Shown here one piece after another: positions 19,191 to 30,780 of a stretch of DNA of 45,525 nucleotides (its first letter is position 1; every line of letters begins with the position of its first letter). The stretch lies in assembly GCF_006345805.1 (NCBI RefSeq), contig NW_021834560.1, positions 1-45,525 of the forward strand, given 5' to 3'. Position numbers and translations under genes: made by a program. A model generated the notes under the pieces. The model saw only the letters and a program-made list of their open reading frames with translations. It was not told the DNA's origin and made no database searches. The stretch is from Octopus sinensis. Its lineage: Eukaryota.

Positions 19191-19322
19191 ACACACACCT
19201 ATTATTTTAAGGAAATTAATTCCCCAAAATACTAGTTGTTGAACCAGTATTTCTTCGGATGAAACCATCCCTTCATGAGGTTAACACAACCTCTAATGGA
19301 ATATGTATATATATATATACAT

Positions 19323-19933
19323 ACATGAATGGCTGTGTGGTAAGAACCTTGCTTCCCAACCACATAGTTCCGGGTTCAGTCCCACTGCATGTCACCTTGG
19401 GCAAGTGTCTTCTATAGCCTCAGGCTAACCAAAGCCTTGAGAGTGTATTTGGTAGATGGGAAACTGAAAGAAGCCCATATGTGTGTGTTTTTGTCCCCCC
19501 ACCATTGCTTGACAACCGATGGTGGTGTGTTTACATCCCTGTAACTTAGCAGTTCAGCAAAAGAGACTGATAGAATTAGTACCAGTACTTTAAAAGGAGA
19601 GTACTGGGTTCAATTTGTCTAAAATTCTTCAAGGCAGTGCCCAAGCATGGCCATAGTCTAATGACTGAAAAAGTAAAAGGTAAGATATATATATTATATA
19701 CATGTATAATATATATACATTTACATACATAATATATATACTCTTTTACCTGTTTCAGTCATTTGACTGTGGCCATGCTGGAGCATCGCCTTTAGTCGAG
19801 CAAATCGACCTCATGACTTATTCTTTGTAAGCCTAATACTTATTCTATCAGTCTTTTACTGAACTGCTAAGTTATGGGGACGTAAACACATCAACATCGG
19901 TTGTCAAGCAATATTGGGGGGACAAACACATAA

Positions 19934-19981
<48 letters not shown>

Positions 19982-20175
19982 TATATATACAAAGACACAC
20001 ACACACATATATACTACGGGCTTCTTTCAGTTTCTGTCTACCAAATCCACTCAGAAGGCTTTGGTCGGCCCAAGGCTATAATAGGAGACACTTGCCCAAG
20101 GTGCCACGCAGTGGGACTGAACCAGGAACCATGTGGTTGGTAAGCAAGCTACTTACCACACAGCCACTCCTGCAC
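19323..20175. mobile_element. Two copies of the main tRNA-derived SINE in tail-to-tail inverted orientation (19323-19682 +, 19741-20175 -)
   Basis: Head ggctgtgtggtaag...ggttcagtcccactg, body ccttgggcaagtgtcttcta..., tail gactgaaacaagtaaaag. The second copy is the reverse complement of the first. Confidence 0.85.
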
Positions 20176-20419
20176 CTATATATACATACACATACATAAA
20201 CACACACACACACAATGGACTTTTCTTCAGTTTTTCCCCATCAAATCCACTTACATGACTATAATAAAAGACACTTGCCTAATATGCTGGGCAGTGGGAT
20301 TGAACTCAAGACTACATATTTGTGAAGTGAGCCTCTGTCTACTCCTATAGCTATTCACCTATATTTTCTTGTTTAGCCTTTTAGCTAATTTCTCTCTCGT
20401 TTGGCCCCGACTCTTGCAG

Positions 20420-20593
20420 ATACGACAGCGCAGCTCAGCGTCCACGGAACAGAAGATGATGCGAAAGATGGCGATCAGATACAGAAGTCAACAAAGCTGA
20501 AGAGACAAGCTGCTTCACTGTTATCCGACACAGATACAAGGTATGCTGGGCGGAAGACTACGAGGAAAGACCTGATGCAGGATTCTGGAAAAG
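20420..20593 (+). CDS. AATF: AATF exon 2
   Basis: cag acceptor, gtaagt donor, 174 nt, phase 1/1. TTAQLS...KLKRQAASLLSDTDTRYAGRKTTRKDL resembles AATF 'LL...D.RY.GK..SRK.L'. Confidence 0.9.
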
Positions 20594-20809
20594 GTAAGTA
20601 GGCTGTGTGTTTGTGAGTGTATCTGTACTGTTCCAGGTGTGTTTTACTCGGGAAGGAAAAAATTGTGGATTTCATTTGGAAATAATTATTCAGTATTAAT
20701 TGAAGTGAAGATAATTAATTTGCTGTTAATAATAAACAGTTATTAAATTCTCAATCTCCATTTTCTTTTTCTTCTTTTATATGAATATAAACTATATATA
20801 TATATATAT

Positions 20810-21140
20810 CAGCCAGGATCCCTGGTCTGGTGGTACGTAAAAAGCACTATCCGACTCGTGGCCGATGCCAGCGCCGCCTCGACTGGCTTCCGTGCCGGTG
20901 GCACGTAAAATACACCAATCCGACCGTGGCCGTTGCCAGCCTCGCCTGGCACCTGTGCAGGTGGCACGTAAAAAGCACCCACTACACTCGCGGAGTGGTT
21001 GGCGTTAGGAAGGGCATCCAGCTGTAGAAACATTGCCAGATAAGACTGGAGCCTGGTGCAGCCTTCTGGCTTCCCAGATCCCCGGTCGAACCGTCCAACC
21101 CATGCTAGCATGGAGAACGGACATTAAACGATGATGATGA

Positions 21141-21145
<5 letters not shown>
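20810..21145 (+). mobile_element. RTE 3'-UTR-derived copy with (GAT)n tail
   Basis: Reverse complement of ~12666-13000, ending ccatgctagcatggagaacggacattaaacgatgatgatgatgat. Confidence 0.8.
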
Positions 21146-21197
<52 letters not shown>

Positions 21198-21200
21198 ATA

Positions 21201-21704
21201 CCGTAAATCCTCGAGTATAATCCTCATTTTTTCCCCAAAATCCCTAGTGCGTACTATATATGAGGTTACAAATGAAAATTAATTCCTAATCAATGTCCGA
21301 GTCCCTATTTGTTGTCCGGCAATGTTTATTCAGACGCATTTTGTGATGTCAATCGAGAAAATACCTTAAGCTAAGCCTGAAAGCAATGAAGTCATAAAAG
21401 AATCATCCATAACTTGCAGTAAGCAACATTTATTAAACGTTATTACTGTTATTTCTTTATTTTCTACAAACAAAATGCACAAAAAAGCTACACGTTTGCA
21501 TTATGTTATATATACAATAATAATAATAATAAAGGGCGTTGCAGTATACAGTTTTACAAACCAAGGACGTTATATAGACCTCCTTGACTCAAGTTAGAGA
21601 AGGGGTGCGTATTATTCACAAGGTTTAGGTTTTTCAAAGGTACAGCCCCCTAAAAATCCCCTGTGTATTATACTCAAGGGCGGACTATACTCGAGGATTT
21701 ACGG
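21201..21704. mobile_element. pogo/Tigger-like MITE, TA target
   Basis: TA|ccgtaaatcctcgagtataatcc ... ggactatactcgaggatttacgg|TA terminal inverted repeats. Confidence 0.8.
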
Positions 21705-21894
21705 TATTCCTCTCTCAGATTCACACACTTCTTACAGCGGTCCTTCAGTTTTACTAAGCCCTGTAAAAGAACTCAGAAGGTTGGGTCTCTAACCAGACCT
21801 TTCGTGATACCCTTAAAGCCAGGGACTTTTCGGCAACTCCTTGTAAGATGAATAGCTCTAGCTCGAGCAAGTTCATTAACTGCCAACGTGTTAA

Positions 21895-22112
21895 CCCTTT
21901 TGTTACCATATTTCTGTTGAGATGCTCTGTGTTTCTTTCAATTACTTTAAATATAACAAAGAATTTAGTAAAATAACTTAGTTATCATTAAGCTAGTGTT
22001 AGGAACAAATTGTGACTAAGGTTTAGTGGAAGATTTTAATTCAGAACTTATGAAAACAGGACATTTGTACTCAGAGCCAGAGGTGGTTTCAGCCAGGTTG
22101 GTATCAAAGGGG
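21895..22112 (-). mobile_element. Single copy of the TTAA-type MITE that is arrayed at 15089-16088
   Basis: ttaa|cccttttgttacc...ggtatcaaagggg; reverse complement of the promoter-proximal units. Confidence 0.8.
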
Positions 22113-22194
22113 TAAATAATGATGACGATGATGATGATGATAACATAAAAAACACACACTCACGTTTTTATATCTGTAATGTGTTGTTGTATAG

Positions 22195-22363
22195 GTGACA
22201 GTGAAGATGGCGTGTCGTCACATGACAATGATGATGATGATGAAGATGGTGAAGAAGATGATGATGATGCTGAAGATGGTGAAGAAGATGATGATGATAG
22301 TAATGATGGTGATGAAGATATTGCAGGCTTCCGTCAACTCCTACAGAAGAAATCTCTCGGAAG
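22195..22363 (+). CDS. AATF: AATF exon 3 (acidic tract)
   Basis: tag acceptor, gtaagg donor, phase 1/2, compatible with neighbours; D/E-rich as in the AATF N-terminal acidic region. Confidence 0.8.
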
Positions 22364-22489
22364 GTAAGGACTGATTGTTGGTGATGATGATGATGGTGGT
22401 GGTGTTGGTGGTGTGGATGATAGCAGTGGTGTGGTAGTGGTAGTGGTGGGGGTTCTTGGTGAGAGTATTGATGCTATACTGAACATTAG

Positions 22490-23315
22490 ACAGTGTAGTC
22501 CAAGATACATATAGTTTCAATAAAAGACAAAATGATCACAGTTGGAACATCTTTGACTATAGGTCTCTCTCTGCTGGATCAGGACTGACCTGGGGCTAAA
22601 TAACAATAGCAGCTATGGTCACTAATAGTAGCTATTATCCATGAGATAATGTAGTCCTAGATATACTGTGTCTGAATAAAAGAAGGGATGGTCATAGGTG
22701 GAACAGCTTTGATCATGTCTGCTGGATCAGGACTGACCTAGGGCTAAATAACAATAGCAGCTATGGTCACTAATAGTAGCTACTATACATGAGATGATGT
22801 AGTCCTAGATATACACTGTCTCAATAAAAGAAGGGATGGTCACAGGTGGAACATCTTTGATCATGTCTGCTGGGTCAGGACTGACCTGGGGTTAAATAAC
22901 AATAGCAGCTATGGTCACTAATAGTAACTACTAAACTACATGTTAAATAATGTAGTCCTAGATACACTGTCTCTGAATAAAAGAAGGGATGGTCACAGGA
23001 GGAATGTCTTTGATCATAGTGTCTGCTGGACCACAGCTGACCCAGGGCTAAACAGCAACAACTATAGTCGCTGATACTAACTGCTAGATGTTAGATGATG
23101 TAGACCAAGATATGCTATCTCTGAATAAAAGATGTGGTGGTCACATCTGGAACGTCTTTGATCATATGCCTGCTGGATCAGGATTGACCTGGGCTAAACA
23201 ACAAATATAGCCACTAACACCAACTACTATAATATACATTAACTGATGTAGTCCTAGATATACTAAGTATGAATATAAGATAGGATGGTCACTGCTGGAA
23301 TGTCTTTGATTATAG
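22490..23315 (+). repeat. Tandem array, ~5.5 diverged units of 148-156 bp
   Basis: The anchor tgtag(t/a)cc recurs at 22494, 22650, 22798, 22951, 23099 and 23247. Units contain ctgctggatcaggactgacctggggctaaataacaa. Confidence 0.85.
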
Positions 23316-23351
23316 GCCTCGCTAGTGTATCGGGACTGGCCTCGAGCTAAA

Positions 23352-23765
23352 CTCTTTCTCTCTCTTTACCCTTTTACTTGTTTCAGTCATTTCGACTGTG
23401 GCCATGCTGGAGCACCGCCTTTAGTCGAGCAAATCGACCCCAGGACTTATTCTTTGTATGCCCAGTACTTATTCTATCGTTCTCTTTTTGCCGGACCACT
23501 AAGTTATGGGGATGTAAACACAGCAGCATCGGCTGTCAAGCGATGTTGAGGGAAAAAACATACACACACAAACATATACACACACATACTACATATATAT
23601 GATGGGCTTCTTTCAGTTTCCTTCTACCAAATCCACTCACAAGGCTTTGGTCGGCCCGAGGCTATAGTAGAAGACACTTGCCCAAGGTGCCATGCAGTGG
23701 AACTGAACCCGGAACCATGTGGTTGGTAAGGAAGCTACTTACCACTACTACCACACAGCCACTAC
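23352..23765 (-). mobile_element. Full-length main tRNA-derived SINE ending ~30 nt before the exon 4 acceptor
   Basis: Same family as 27901-28298 and 43073-43443. Confidence 0.85.
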
Positions 23766-23793
23766 TACGAATTTATTTTTTTATCTTTTATAG

Positions 23794-24095
23794 CGATGGC
23801 TTAAAACAGTCAAGTGAAATAGAAGATGATGATGGTGATGATGATGATGATGCGATGGCAGAAGATATGGATGGCAATGATGGTGATGACGATGATGACG
23901 ATGATGAAGGTGATGATGGCGACAGTGGCAGTGACGCCAGTGGTGATGGTGACTCTGATAAAGATGCTGAGTCAGAGGAACCTGCTGGGCAGAAAGAATC
24001 GATGGACATTGAAGACCCAGGGGTCAACATGATGAAACAGCTCTCAAATATGTCCAGTGACAAACAGAAAGGTCTTGCTGTCCAAACACAACTTG
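23794..24095 (+). CDS. AATF: AATF exon 4
   Basis: tag acceptor, gtgagt donor, phase 2/1. Acidic run followed by SNMSSDKQKGLAVQTQL (AATF 'E..KG.AV..Q' motif). Confidence 0.9.
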
Positions 24096-24111
24096 GTGAG
24101 TAACACCTCTC

Positions 24112-26660
24112 TTATTATTATTATTCAGTAGTCTTATTCTTATCACGTGCTTTCACTTCACTACCGAGCGCAGCTCTGTGTGCCTTGGGTATGTGCTGTG
24201 ATTTGTTGTGATGCTCTGATGGTTATTGTATGGAAAGTGTTCTGCGTAGGATGTGTGAAGTGCCTAGTAGTGCATTTTCTGTATGGTATATGTGTTTGTA
24301 AGTCCTGGTGTTTTTGTTATGTATTTGTCTGAATATTTTTTATCATGCCTAATGCACCTACTATGATAGGAATTGTTTCTGTTTTCAGGTTCCACATTCT
24401 AGTTACCTCTATTTCCAGGTCTTTGTATTTTGAGAGTTTCTCCATTTCTTTTAGAGACACGTTGTCATCTGCCGGTATTGATACATCAATTAGAAAGCAT
24501 TTTTTTCTTCATGATTTCTGACAACTATATCTGGTCTGTTGGCCTTAATTTCTCTCTCAGTGTGTATCGGCAAATCCCAGAGTATGTTGCTTTCTCGTTT
24601 TCTGTGACCTTTTCTGGTGTGTGCCTATACCATCTTTTTTCTGTTGTTATTCCATAATGTTGGCATAGTTTCCAGTGTATGTAGGTTCCAACTCTGTCGT
24701 GTCTGTGAATATATTCCTTCTTAGCCAGGACTGGGCAGCTAGAGATAATATGATTTATTGTTTCTTGTCCATCTCCACATATTCTGCAGTTACTTGTAAT
24801 ATTTCTTTTCATTACATGTTTTTGGTAATTTCTGGTGGGGAGGCTTTGGTCTTGTGCTGCAATTAAAAATCCCTCTGTTTCTGCTTTGAGTCCTGAGCTT
24901 CTCAACCATTGCTGGGATTTTCTTTGTCTATTTCTTTTGCGTTTAGTTTAGTCCAGTATTTACCATAAAGGGGCTTTTCTTGCCATCGTTTTATCATGGT
25001 TCGTTGCTGTTCTATTTTTAGTTTGGATTTCATTTGTTTTATAGCTTTTGTTGTTTCTTCATCTTCTTCTTCATATTTGTTAGGTGGTATGATTTCTTGT
25101 TTGTATTTGTCAGCTTCCTTAAATACTGAGAACAGTTTTTTGTTTTGCTCGTGTTTTGTCGCTATTTGTATCAGTTTTCCTTCCTTCTGAAGTAGATATT
25201 TTTGCAGTCTTATCGTGGTTATTTTATAGTAGTTTTCCAGCTGTATAAGGCCTCTACCACCTTCTATACGTTGTATATATAGTCTTTCTATGTCAGATTT
25301 TGGGTGATTATTTTTCTTGTTTTCCTATCTATTTTGGTCAGTTCATTTAGTGTCCAGTTAAGGATATTGTAGCTGTAACTTATAACTGGGACAGCTAAAG
25401 TGTTAATACCTATTATCTTGGTTTTATCTAGTGTGATGTTGCTACTCTTAATTAGTTTTCCTCTTTTCAGGGTTACTTTGGCGCATTTTTCTAATCCAAA
25501 TTTCATATCTATTTCTTTGGTAAATCCATGAACTGTCTTTAATAGTTTTCCAGCTGTATAAGGCCTCTACCACCTTCTATACGTTGTATATATAGTCTTT
25601 CTATGTCAGATTTTGGGTGATTATTTTTCTTGTTTTCCTATCTATTTTGGTCAGTTCATTTAGTGTCCAGTTAAGGATATTGTAGCTGTAACTTATAACT
25701 GGGACAGCTAAAGTGTTAATACCTATTATCTTGGTTTTATCTAGTGTGATGTTGCTACTCTTAATTAGTTTTCCTCTTTTCAGGGTTACTTTGGCGCATT
25801 TTTCTAATCCAAATTTCATATCTATTTCTTTGGTAAATCCATGAACTGTCTTTAATAGTGTTTCCAGCTGTTTGTCATTTGCAGCGTGTAGTTTTAGGTC
25901 ATCCATATATAAAAGGTGGCTGATCGTTTTGCCGTAACATTTATATCCGCATCCAGTTCTGTTTAGCATATCCGATAGAGGTCACAGTGCCAAGCAGAAA
26001 AGGAGTGGAGAGAGCGTGTCTCCCTGGAATATTCCTCTTCTGATGGGGATGGCTTTGGTTTTCATGAGTCCTTCTTTTGTTTGGAGCTGTAGCACTGTTT
26101 GCCATTTATTCATAGAGTGCCCTATGTACTTTATAATTGTTGATGCTACTTTGTTAATGGCTAATGTTTCGAGGATTCATGTGTGAGGGATGCTATCAAA
26201 CGCCTTTTTGTAGTCGATCCAGGCCATACTGAGGCCTTTCTTCTTTCTGTGGCTGTCTTCAGTTATGGCTTTATTAATCATTAGTTGATCTTTACAGCCA
26301 TATGAGCCTTTGCGGCATCTTTCTGCTCTTCTGGAAACAGGTTGTTTTCGTCCAGGTGCTTGTTCAATCTTTGCGATATCATTGCAGTAAATGCCTTGTA
26401 CATAGTAGGGAGACAGGTATTGGTCTGTAGTTTTCTGGTTTTGCTGTCTCATTTGATTTGGGAATTAAGATGGTTTTCCCCTTCGTGAGCCATTCAGGCA
26501 TTGTCTCTGGCTCTGCTAGTATGCTGTTAAAGTTTTCAGCCAGCTTTTTGTGCATTCCTGTTAGATATTTCAACCAGAAGTTGGGGATCTTGTCATGCCC
26601 AGGTGCCTTCCAGTTGCTTAGTCTTTGCAGTGCCTGGGGGTCCAAAGTTCCCCGCCTCAT
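24112..26660 (-). mobile_element. Decayed, 5'-truncated R4/Dong-clade non-LTR retrotransposon (RT plus restriction-like endonuclease)
   Basis: Minus-strand fragments: NWKAPGHD...GKTILIPK...NYRPI; AWIDYKKAFDSIPH; HLLYMDDLKL; MKFGLEKCA; GLKAETEGFLIAAQDQSLPTRNY...CRICG...ETINHIISSC...HRHD; IDVSIPADDN...KYKDLEIE..RMW. Short 3' UTR and (TAA)n at 24112-24124; TAA repeats also flank the 5' end. Several frameshifts and deletions. Confidence 0.88.
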
Positions 26661-26753
26661 ATTGTTATTATTATTGTTATTATTATTATTGTTATTATTA
26701 TCATTGTTATTATTTTTATTATTATCATTATTATTGTTATTATTATTATTATT

Positions 26754-27308
26754 GAGTGAGAGAGCAGTGCATGCCATCAAAGTGACACTGGGGTAAAATA
26801 TACGAAGCCCAGTTTACCCATCATGACCACCCGTCTGATAAGGGTACACCAGGTACATGCATCACAACCATATGTGCATGGCACGGTGATCTCATATCAA
26901 GATAAACAGTGCATGACTTTGGTGGTGGGGCCCAGTTAGAATTTTCTTCTGGTCGAGTAGCCCATCCTGCTCAAAAGGTCCCTGAATAAGGGTTGTTTAA
27001 GGATGTTGAATGAAACACCCATGTTTCCAGAGGTGAATTATTCAAGCCCCAAAGAATCCCTCTCGACACATGGCTCTGATGCTCCCCTACTACTTCTGCT
27101 CGTGATCAGAGATGCACATATCGTCAGCCACTAAGGGACATGCTCAACAGGTTAAGGTCAAACAACTGACAAGCAAATCTGTGGTATTGAGCAGAATATT
27201 TGCTGTAGCCCATCTTTTATACCAAGACAAAACAATGTACATGATAACACTTCCAATCAGTTAAGATCAGAAGCCATGAGAGCCACTGCCTGGTACTGCA
27301 TCAGGGCA
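26754..27308. mobile_element. ~555-bp non-coding element embedded in (TTA)n; further copies at 31284-31773, 32260-32814, 33341-33896
   Basis: gagtgagagagcagtgcatgccatcaaagtgacactgggg ... gccactgcctggtactgcatcagggca. All four copies have the same orientation and TTA repeats on both sides. Confidence 0.9.
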
Positions 27309-27900
27309 TTTATTATTATTATTATTATTATTATCACTAAGGCAAGCTAGCAGAGTTGTTAGCGCACTGTTAGCAGTTTTTCGCTCATCTCTACATTCTG
27401 AGTTCAAATTCTGCCAAGGTCAACTTAGTCTTTCGATCTTTCAAAGTCAATGAATTAAGTACTACTTACAAACTGGGGTTGATAGAACCAGATAGCACCC
27501 CACCCTCTTCCAATTTTAGGCCTTGTATCTCTAGTGGAAAGGATTATTATTATTATGGCGACGAGCTGGCAGAATTGTTAGCACATTGGGCAAAATGCTT
27601 TGTGGCATTTCGTCTGTCTTTACGCTTTGAGTTCAAATTCTGCTGAAGTTGACTTTGCCTTTCATCCTTTCAGGGTCAATGAATTAAGTACCAGTTAATT
27701 ACTTGGGTTGATGTAATCAACTATCCCCTTTACACAAATTTCAGGCCTTATGCCTCTAGTACAAAAGATTATTATTGTTGTTGTTGTTGACATCAGTACC
27801 TGTTGAGTGCTGGGGGTCAATGTAAACAAATTATTCCCTCCCCCAAAATGCTAGCTTTGTGGCAAAATTTGTCAACTTTGATTTCAAAATCATTACCATG

Positions 27901-28298
27901 CAGGCGTAGGAGTGGCTGTGTGGTAAGTAGCCTGCTTATGAACCACATGGTTCCGGGTTCAGTCCCACTGCGTGGCACCTTGGGCAAGTGTCTTCTACTA
28001 TAGCCTCGGGCCGGCCAAAGCCTTGTGCGTGGATTTGGTAGACAGAAACTGAAAAGAAGACGTCATATATATGTATATGCATATATATATGTGTGTGTTT
28101 GTGTTTGTCCCCCAACATCGCTTGACAACTGATGCTGGTGTGTTTACGTCACCATCGCCTAGCGGTTCGGCAGAAGAGACCGATAGAATAAGTACTAGGC
28201 TTACAAGGAATAAGTCCTGGCGTCGATTTCCTTGATTAAAGACGGTGCTCCAGCATGGCCACTGTCAAAATGACTGAAACAAGTAAAAGAGTAAAGAG
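27901..28298 (+). mobile_element. Full-length main tRNA-derived SINE (others at ~2527-2692, 3781-3912, 4020-4402, 8455-8539+14180-14458, 30150-30340, 39661-39818, 41841-42072, 43073-43443, 45455-end)
   Basis: tRNA-like head (tggctgtgtggtaag / ggttcagtccc), internal (TA)/(TG) tract, tail gactgaaacaagtaaaagag. tRNA-derived SINEs are established in octopus; family name not assigned. Confidence 0.85.
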
Positions 28299-28573
28299 TA
28301 TTCCATCTGTGACCATCACATCTTATATTCTGGTGTAGTGTATCTAGGACTACATAAGCTAATGTTTAATACAGTAATTAACATTAGTGGCTATAATTAT
28401 TCCTGTTTAATCCCTGGCCAGTCTTGATTCAGACAGACTTATAACCAAAGAGGTTCCAATTGTGACCATCTCACCTTTATTCAAATATAGTGTAGTAAAG
28501 TGTGACATGAGGGAGTTTTGGCTGCTATGGTCTGTCATTGATTTTGTCTTCTTTCTTTTTCTTTTCCTTAAAG

Positions 28574-28711
28574 GACTTTTGGATAATCTGTTGGAAGGTC
28601 GAATTAAATTACAGAGGGCAGTGTCGTTTGTTAACCAAATCCCTCAACCCTCTACCTGGCACCATTTCCAGGCCCTTGGCAAGGATAAGTATACCTCGGC
28701 TGTACATTCAG
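28574..28711 (+). CDS. AATF: AATF exon 5
   Basis: [25 protein letters not shown] matches AATF [25 protein letters not shown]; aag/gtgagt, phase 1/1. Confidence 0.95.
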
Positions 28712-29839
28712 GTGAGTGAGGCATAGTTAACATTTTTCTTTTGCTTTTTTTTTGTATTCATAAAGCTCATCTCTCATCAGAATCCTCAACTGGACACAAC
28801 ATTGATATGACCTTATAATAATTGGGGGTCATCATCATTGTTTTAATGTCCACTTCTCCATGCATGTATGGGTCAGACAGAATTTGTTAAGGTAGATTAT
28901 CTGCGGCCAGATGCCCTTCCTGTCACCCACCCTCACCTCTTTCCAAGTATACACACACGATATATACATCTTAATGATACTAAAACCCGAGATGTTTGTT
29001 CCCGAAATATCTCAGAAAAAGTATATTTTATCTTAATTTTTTTTAGATATATATTTTCATATTTAATGCAATGCAGTATGAGGTTTTGTGATATTTGGAC
29101 CTCTACTAATGAAAACAATTAAACACAATTTTTGTCTGTTATTGAACTCAAAATCAAGGCTAACTGGCTTCCGTGCCGGTGGCACGTAAAAGGGCACCAT
29201 TCGAGCGTGTTCGTTACCAACGTTGCCTTACTGGCACCTGTGCCAGTGGCATGTGTAAAAAGATTTGAGCGAGTTCATTGCCAGTGGCACGTAAAAGGCA
29301 CCCACTACACTCTCGGAGTGGTTGGCATTAGGAAGGGCATCCAGCTGTAGAAACTCTGCCAGATCAGATTGGAGCCTGGTGCAGCCATACAGAGTACAGA
29401 CACATATAATGAATGTCATGGCATGTGATTCAACACAAACACACATATGCTATCTGTGACATATGCACACACATAGTCTTTGCTCTCTTTCTCTATCACT
29501 CTTTAAGAAAAAAATTCATCGACTTTTGACTTACACAATATTTAAAAAATCATTGAGAAATATTTTTTAGTGAATATGATTTCAAAAATGTAAGTTGCTT
29601 GTACAGTAAGTATTTATATTTTAGTTTTCTTTAAACAGACAATATTTTAATATTTTTAAAATTATTTTCATGAGAATACCATAATAAAATTTTGTTTTGG
29701 CATATCTAAAAAATATTTTAATGTGAAAATGACTTTAAAAATATGGTAAATATTTCATAAAAGACCCGTTTCTAACCTCAGTGTGAAATAATTTTTTCCC
29801 ATGGGTTTTTTCAAGTGAATTCAACGTATCTCAGCTCCA

Positions 29840-29953
29840 AAGATTTGGCTACTATTTCTAGCACACTCTGCTACCACATAACTATTTATGGTGAAGGACC
29901 CGAAACAGCTCTTATGTGGTAGCAGAGTGTACAAGAAATAGCAGCCAAATCTT
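29840..29953. mobile_element. Short palindromic MITE
   Basis: aagatttggctactatttctagcacactctgctaccacataa ... ttatgtggtagcagagtgtacaagaaatagcagccaaatctt. Half-copies of the terminus occur at ~5376, 15348 and 15822. Confidence 0.7.
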
Positions 29954-30586
29954 TCCTTTTCCAGGGAAAAGACTGTTTACGTGTGATTTTGATGTCACAT
30001 TCACTGACAGCTTGTGAAATAACCTGGAAAAGGGGTAAAAAAAACCCCCACAAAACAAAACTCTGTTGCTGGGAAGCTCAGACTTTCCAGGTAACCCAAT
30101 GGGTCACGGCAAGTCTAGTCTTGTATATATATGTATATATATATATATTCTTGTTTCAGTCATTTGACTGTGGCCATGTGAGAGCACTGCCTTAAAGTCA
30201 AAGAAATGAACCCAAGGACTTATTCTTTGTAAGCCTAGTACTTATTCTATCGATATCTTTTGCCACACTGCTAAGTTATGGGACATAAACACACCAGAAT
30301 TGGCTGTCAAGTAATAGGGGAGGGCAAACAGGCACACGCAAATATATACATATATATACATATATATATATATTGAAACACTCTTGTCACAACCTGGGAC
30401 CTAGTCCCTTAATATTTGATATTCAATAAGACAATCAATACTTCATTTATACTATATATACTATTTATACTATATATTCTATATTCTACATTAATATTAT
30501 AAAGAATATAAATAAAACTTAAAAAACAGAGTTGGAATTCCTTTGAATAATATATCTCCCTCTATACACAATCATACAAACCCCTT

Positions 30587-30634
<48 letters not shown>

Positions 30635-30665
30635 GACAGGCTTCTTCTTATTGCTCTCATTTCAG

Positions 30666-30780
30666 TTCAAAACCAGTTGTGTCATCTTCTCAACACACTG
30701 ATTCATCTACAGACGTCTCTCCTTCTGAAGGACACACAGACAAGGCATATTGTCACTGGGGAAGAGATGTCAAAAGACGG
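30666..30780 (+). CDS. AATF: AATF exon 6 (not in the ORF track)
   Basis: ttcag acceptor, gtaaga donor, phase 1/2. QNQLCHLLNTLIHLQTSLLLKDTQTRHIVTG aligns with AATF [29 protein letters not shown]. Confidence 0.88.

Noticed and set aside
22490-23315. CRISPR-like appearance of tandem and repeat-spacer arrays (also at 15089-16088 and 38815-40400)
   Set aside because: The units are long and diverged and the 'spacers' are themselves repeated. There are no cas genes and the context is eukaryotic intron.
22195-24095. (GAT)n-rich AATF exons as a novel repeat expansion
   Set aside because: A long acidic N-terminal region is a normal AATF/Bfr2 feature.
26754-27308. HDV-like or hammerhead ribozyme, or snRNA origin, for the 555-bp TAA element (it contains CTGACGA on the - strand)
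   Set aside because: No GAAA/stem geometry follows CTGACGA, no P1/P1.1/L3 arrangement could be built by eye, and it does not resemble U1-U6 or 5S as I recall them.
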